From the NCBI GenBank assembly GCA_951406725.2, contig OX597828.1, positions 47,306,001 through 47,370,000 of the forward strand: a DNA stretch of 64,000 nt, read 5' to 3'. The position numbers and the translations under genes were made by a program. Source of the DNA: Octopus vulgaris. Taxonomy: Eukaryota. The notes below the pieces were generated by a model, which searched no databases, was not told the origin of the DNA, and saw only the letters and a program-made list of their open reading frames with translations. Of this stretch, positions 59,169 through 64,000 are shown piece after piece. Within the stretch, counting starts at the first letter, position 1, and each line of letters opens with the position of its first letter.

Positions 59169-59584
59169 TACTCTCTTTTACTCTTTTACATGTTTCAGTC
59201 ATTTAACTGCGGCCATGCTGGAGCACCGCCTTTAGTCGAGCAAATCGACCCCGGGACTTATTTTTGTAAGCTCAGTACTTATTCTATCGGTCTCTTTTGC
59301 TGAACCGCTAAGTGACGGCGACGTAAACACACCAGCATCGTTTGTCAAGCAATGCTAGGGGGACAAACACAGGCACACAAACACACACACACATATACAT
59401 ATATATATATATATACATATATACGACAGGCTTCTTTCAGTTTCCATCTACCAAATTCACTCACAAGGCATTGGTCGGCTCGGGGCTATAGCAGAAAACA
59501 CTTGCCCAAGATGCCACGCAGTGGGACTGAACCCGAAACCATGTGGTTGGTTAGCAAGCTACTTACCACACAGCCACTCCTGCG

Positions 59585-59586
<2 letters not shown>
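59169..59586 (-). mobile_element. SINE family A, full length
   Basis: Reverse complement matches 216-636. Confidence 0.9.
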
Positions 59587-59626
<40 letters not shown>

Positions 59627-59641
59627 CAAACATATATATGC

Positions 59642-59672
<31 letters not shown>

Positions 59673-59680
59673 TATGAATG

Positions 59681-59726
<46 letters not shown>

Positions 59727-59849
59727 AATGCATTTTTCAGGCAAGGGTGGGTGATGTTAATCTTTTTGTTAGTAACCAAATTCACTATTAGACGCACATT
59801 TTTTCTTCCCCACCAAATATCAATAATAATAAAAATAACAATAATAGTA

Positions 59850-59883
<34 letters not shown>

Positions 59884-60358
59884 CGATGAGGACAATAACA
59901 ACAACAACAAAAATATGAATAGATTTATTAAATTTTAATACCTCATGTCGTACAGTTTCCTGTCATTTGTAAACAGGAAATCTATGCATTTGGTAGCAAG
60001 CATTGTGCGAAATTAATGATATAGAAGCTTAGCGTAAAACCTTACAATGGGAAATAGGTACGTAATGCTAATATATAATTTTCATAGAGAATATCTACGG
60101 TAGCAAAACTACTTCGTAACAGTTTTAAATCTGCTAATACAATACTGTAAACAAATTTCAAATTTATGTCACGTATATATGCATGTGTGTATGCACGTGT
60201 GTATGTAGGTAGGTAGGTAGGTAATACCTACCTACATACACACATGCATATATACATTTATACATGCGTACATACATATGTACATACATGTCTATACATG
60301 CATATAAGAATGTATTTATATCAATTGATATATATATTTACATATATATATGTATATA

Positions 60359-60436
<78 letters not shown>

Positions 60437-60451
60437 TGCATAAGTAAATGT

Positions 60452-60502
<51 letters not shown>

Positions 60503-60601
60503 ACTTAGATAACAAAGATATATTTCGAGCAAAGATCGGTCAGGTTGTGTTTAAATTTATAGTATTAGTTAAATCCTTTTAAAGTCAAGTTTTGTTATGT
60601 C

Positions 60602-60738
<137 letters not shown>

Positions 60739-60810
60739 CTATGCATATATATGTATGTGTATATACTTATACATATACATACATATATATATATTAGTGT
60801 ACATCACTCT

Positions 60811-60953
60811 TTTTATTAAAGCTGCAAAATTATCGCAGAACTGTTACTCAGAATTTCGTGTTTCTGTTCGTCGGACAGTTGCGATAAATCCGACGAACGG
60901 GAACGTGTAACTCTGAGTAACAGTTCTGCGATAATTTTGCAGCTTTAATAAAA
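60811..60953. repeat. Inverted pair of HHR-bearing element copies (~65-bp arms)
   Basis: Left arm ttttattaaagctgcaaaattatcgcagaactgttactcaga...ttcgtcgga; right arm is its imperfect reverse complement; same family as 10557. Confidence 0.85.
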
Positions 60954-60963
60954 TGTATACATA

Positions 60964-60994
<31 letters not shown>

Positions 60995-61006
60995 ATATAT
61001 GTATGC

Positions 61007-61040
<34 letters not shown>

Positions 61041-61042
61041 GT

Positions 61043-61073
<31 letters not shown>

Positions 61074-61299
61074 TATATATATATTTATATAAATCCCAAA
61101 AAACGAAGAATAAACACCAGAAAAATACCACAATGCGAGTACGTGGTACATGCAAAGTATATATATATATACTGTTTAATGTACATAGCATATAGTTATG
61201 AGCTACTAACACATTCAAGGTCTTATCAATGAAGTTTTAAAACAGGCTAAGTATCTCCAAGTAAATTTCTGGCCAAAGCCTAAAGATTATTCAGAGGCA

Positions 61300-61352
<53 letters not shown>

Positions 61353-61661
61353 ACTCTCTCTCTCTTTCTTTCTTTCTCTATATCTCTTTCTTTCTCTTTC
61401 TCTCTCTCCCTCTCTCTCCCTCTCTTTCTCTCTCTCAATATACATACATACATATATACACAAGTAAGCAGATGAATACAAAACAAGGCGGTAAAATACA
61501 AAACGACTCGGAAAAGTCCGATAAATAGTAAGCTGAAATTCTAGGGGGCGCTTTAATAAATACGATAGATAGATAGATAGATAGACATTTATATGTGTGC
61601 ATGAAGTTATATGTATAAATGTATGTATGTGTGTATATTTATGTATAAGAATAAGAATAAG

Positions 61662-61664
<3 letters not shown>

Positions 61665-61715
<51 letters not shown>

Positions 61716-61833
61716 AACAAATATATACATACACATACATACATCGAATTATATATATATATATATATTCATATACATACATACATACATATATATATAT
61801 ATACATACGTATACACATATATATATAGTACAT

Positions 61834-61870
<37 letters not shown>

Positions 61871-62002
61871 AACAAATATATACATACACATACATACATC
61901 GAATTATATATATATATATATTCATATACATACATACATACATATATATATATATACATACGTATACACATATATATATATACATACACACACACACACA
62001 CA

Positions 62003-62040
<38 letters not shown>
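61665..62040. repeat. Tandem duplication, ~165-bp units
   Basis: aaacaaatatatacatacacatacatacatcgaattatat...acatacgtatacacat occurs twice. Confidence 0.8.
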
Positions 62041-62078
<38 letters not shown>

Positions 62079-62079
<1 letters not shown>

Positions 62080-62958
62080 GAGGGGGCACCCCCAAAGAAA
62101 CCACAATTTTGCAACTTCATTTTAATCACTTAGTTTCACATGTTTGCACTTTTGTCGCCTGCTTCAAATCTCCAAAGTGCTTCTCCATTTGAAGCAATAC
62201 ATCGGTCCAGGCTCGTTTTCCATTTGAAGCGGTGCTGGAACTCTTGCGAAGTCTTTTTCTTCATCTCTTCCACACCTGCAAATTCCCTAGCACTAGCTTT
62301 TGTGAGAAGCGATGACCTTCAAAAGAACGTCCTTATCAACACCCACCTGTTCTTTCGATTCACGACACGGATTCCGTCTTAACTGCTTCTAATCTTCCGT
62401 GAGCAAGCGTGCCACAAATTTTGCTACAACTCATTCGCAATTCCTCACTCAAAATTCTCCAGGATACATCAGTCATGTCAACAAGTTCATCAATTGTTCG
62501 GTGGCGATTCTCCAAGATCAGTTCATAAATTTTCGTTATGTCTTCATTCGTTCAGGAGATCAACAGTCGTCCTGAACGAAATTGGTCTTCAAGCCAAAAG
62601 TGATTATTCCTAAAGCCTGGAAACCACTCGTAAGCTTGTGTCTTGCTCATGGTAGAGTCCTTGTAAGCTGTTTAAAGCATGACAATTGTTTCGGCCGCCA
62701 TTCCCCCCCCCCCCAGCAGAAAACGGAATTTCACGGAAGCACGCAGTTCCTTCGTTACAACCATCGTGATAATCGACGAGCAGCGGGGAAGCGGTGCAAA
62801 ACAAAGACCCATCACGTGACACTACGACCCCACTGGACGCCGCTGGTAAGCAAACTGATGCCTGAAGATTGCGTCAAATGGCTTCTAGCGGCTGAAGCCT
62901 GAAATATAACGGGCTTGTCCCACAGAGACCGTTTCCGGTTACTTATGGGAACCCCCTC

Positions 62959-62960
<2 letters not shown>
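62079..62960 (-). mobile_element. Mariner-like element, decayed
   Basis: TA-CGAGGGGG...CCCCCTCA termini within (TA)n; minus-strand remnants YEWF, RSGR and ENRHRTI resemble a mariner N-terminal HTH. Confidence 0.65.
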
Positions 62961-63026
<66 letters not shown>

Positions 63027-63575
63027 GTGTAATATATATATATGTGTGTGTGTGAGTATGCATATATGATTCAATGAATCTATGCATGAATGTCTTCATA
63101 GATATATATGTGCGTATGTACATGTATGTGTGTCTGTGTGTGTGTCTGTGTGTTTGCGCGCGCGCTCTGTTGAGAGTATAAACCTCGAGATATGACATAG
63201 ATTAGATGCTGACAATATTTCCACTAGGCTGGCAACGTTACTATATTCAAAGTCAACCAAGCAGAGACGGACGTTGATTCGGGTGTGTAATTAAGCAATC
63301 AGCATACAGAATAGGAAAAACAAACAAAACAACAACAAAACAAAAAAATGAAAAGCAATAGCAAAAAAAAAAAAAGAAAAAAAAGACGAAAAAATAACAC
63401 CCGTCTGAGTGCGATCAAACGAAACGTTAAGGTCCTACTGACGATTACCTTGACGTGGTAATAACGGTGGGAGAGAGGGCAAGACATGCAGTTTTTATGA
63501 GAGGGGGCGAAAGAGAGGTGCCTCTAGGGGTCTTTTTGATTTTGCACTTATTTATATTTTTCTTGTGTGTATGTG

Positions 63576-63630
<55 letters not shown>

Positions 63631-64000
63631 GTGTGTCTGTGTGTGTGTGTGTGTAAATACACACACACATATAAACACACACATACACACACATACACAC
63701 ACACACACACACATATACATATATATATACATTTATATGGGGAAGATCGGGTTTGTTGTGCGTGTGGTATTCGGACGTGTGTATTCACGTGTTTGTGTAT
63801 GTGTGTGTTTTTTGTGTGTATGTGTGTGTTTGTTTGTGTGTGTGTGTGTATGTGTGTGTTTGTGTGTGTGTGTGTGTATGTGTGTGTTTGTGTGTGTGTG
63901 TGTGTATGTGTGTGTTTGTTTGTGTGTGTGTGTGTATGTGTGTGTTTGTTTGTGTGTGTGTGTATGCGTGTGTTTGTTTGTGTGTGTGTGTGTGTGTGTG

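Overview
Eukaryotic, AT-rich, microsatellite-saturated genomic DNA. The (TA)n/(TACA)n/(GATA)n density and SINE types strongly suggest an octopus (coleoid cephalopod), but this is inference. Almost all listed ORFs are microsatellite artefacts. One real coding exon is visible at 9001-9553 (+): an Asn/His-rich N-terminus carrying the eh1/octapeptide motif YSIDDILG and ending at an AAG|GTAAGA donor. It is most likely exon 1 of a PRD-class homeobox factor (homeobrain/aristaless/Rx-like). No homeobox was found downstream, so the rest of the window is probably a >54 kb intron. That region is filled with four tRNA-type SINE families, non-autonomous Helitrons, Tc1/mariner, hAT and Tigger remnants, CR1-like and RTE LINE 3' ends, and a decayed Penelope-like element (RT + GIY-YIG). 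Main discovery: about 12 minimal type I hammerhead ribozyme (HHR) motifs from several repeat families. They include canonical cores and cores in which the 3-8 pair co-varies (C3-G8, U3-A8, G3-C8), and one lies in the Penelope 3' end. Also notable are a 1.1 kb and a 58 bp palindrome, both centred on (TA)n, and a SINE/LINE shared 3' stem-loop.
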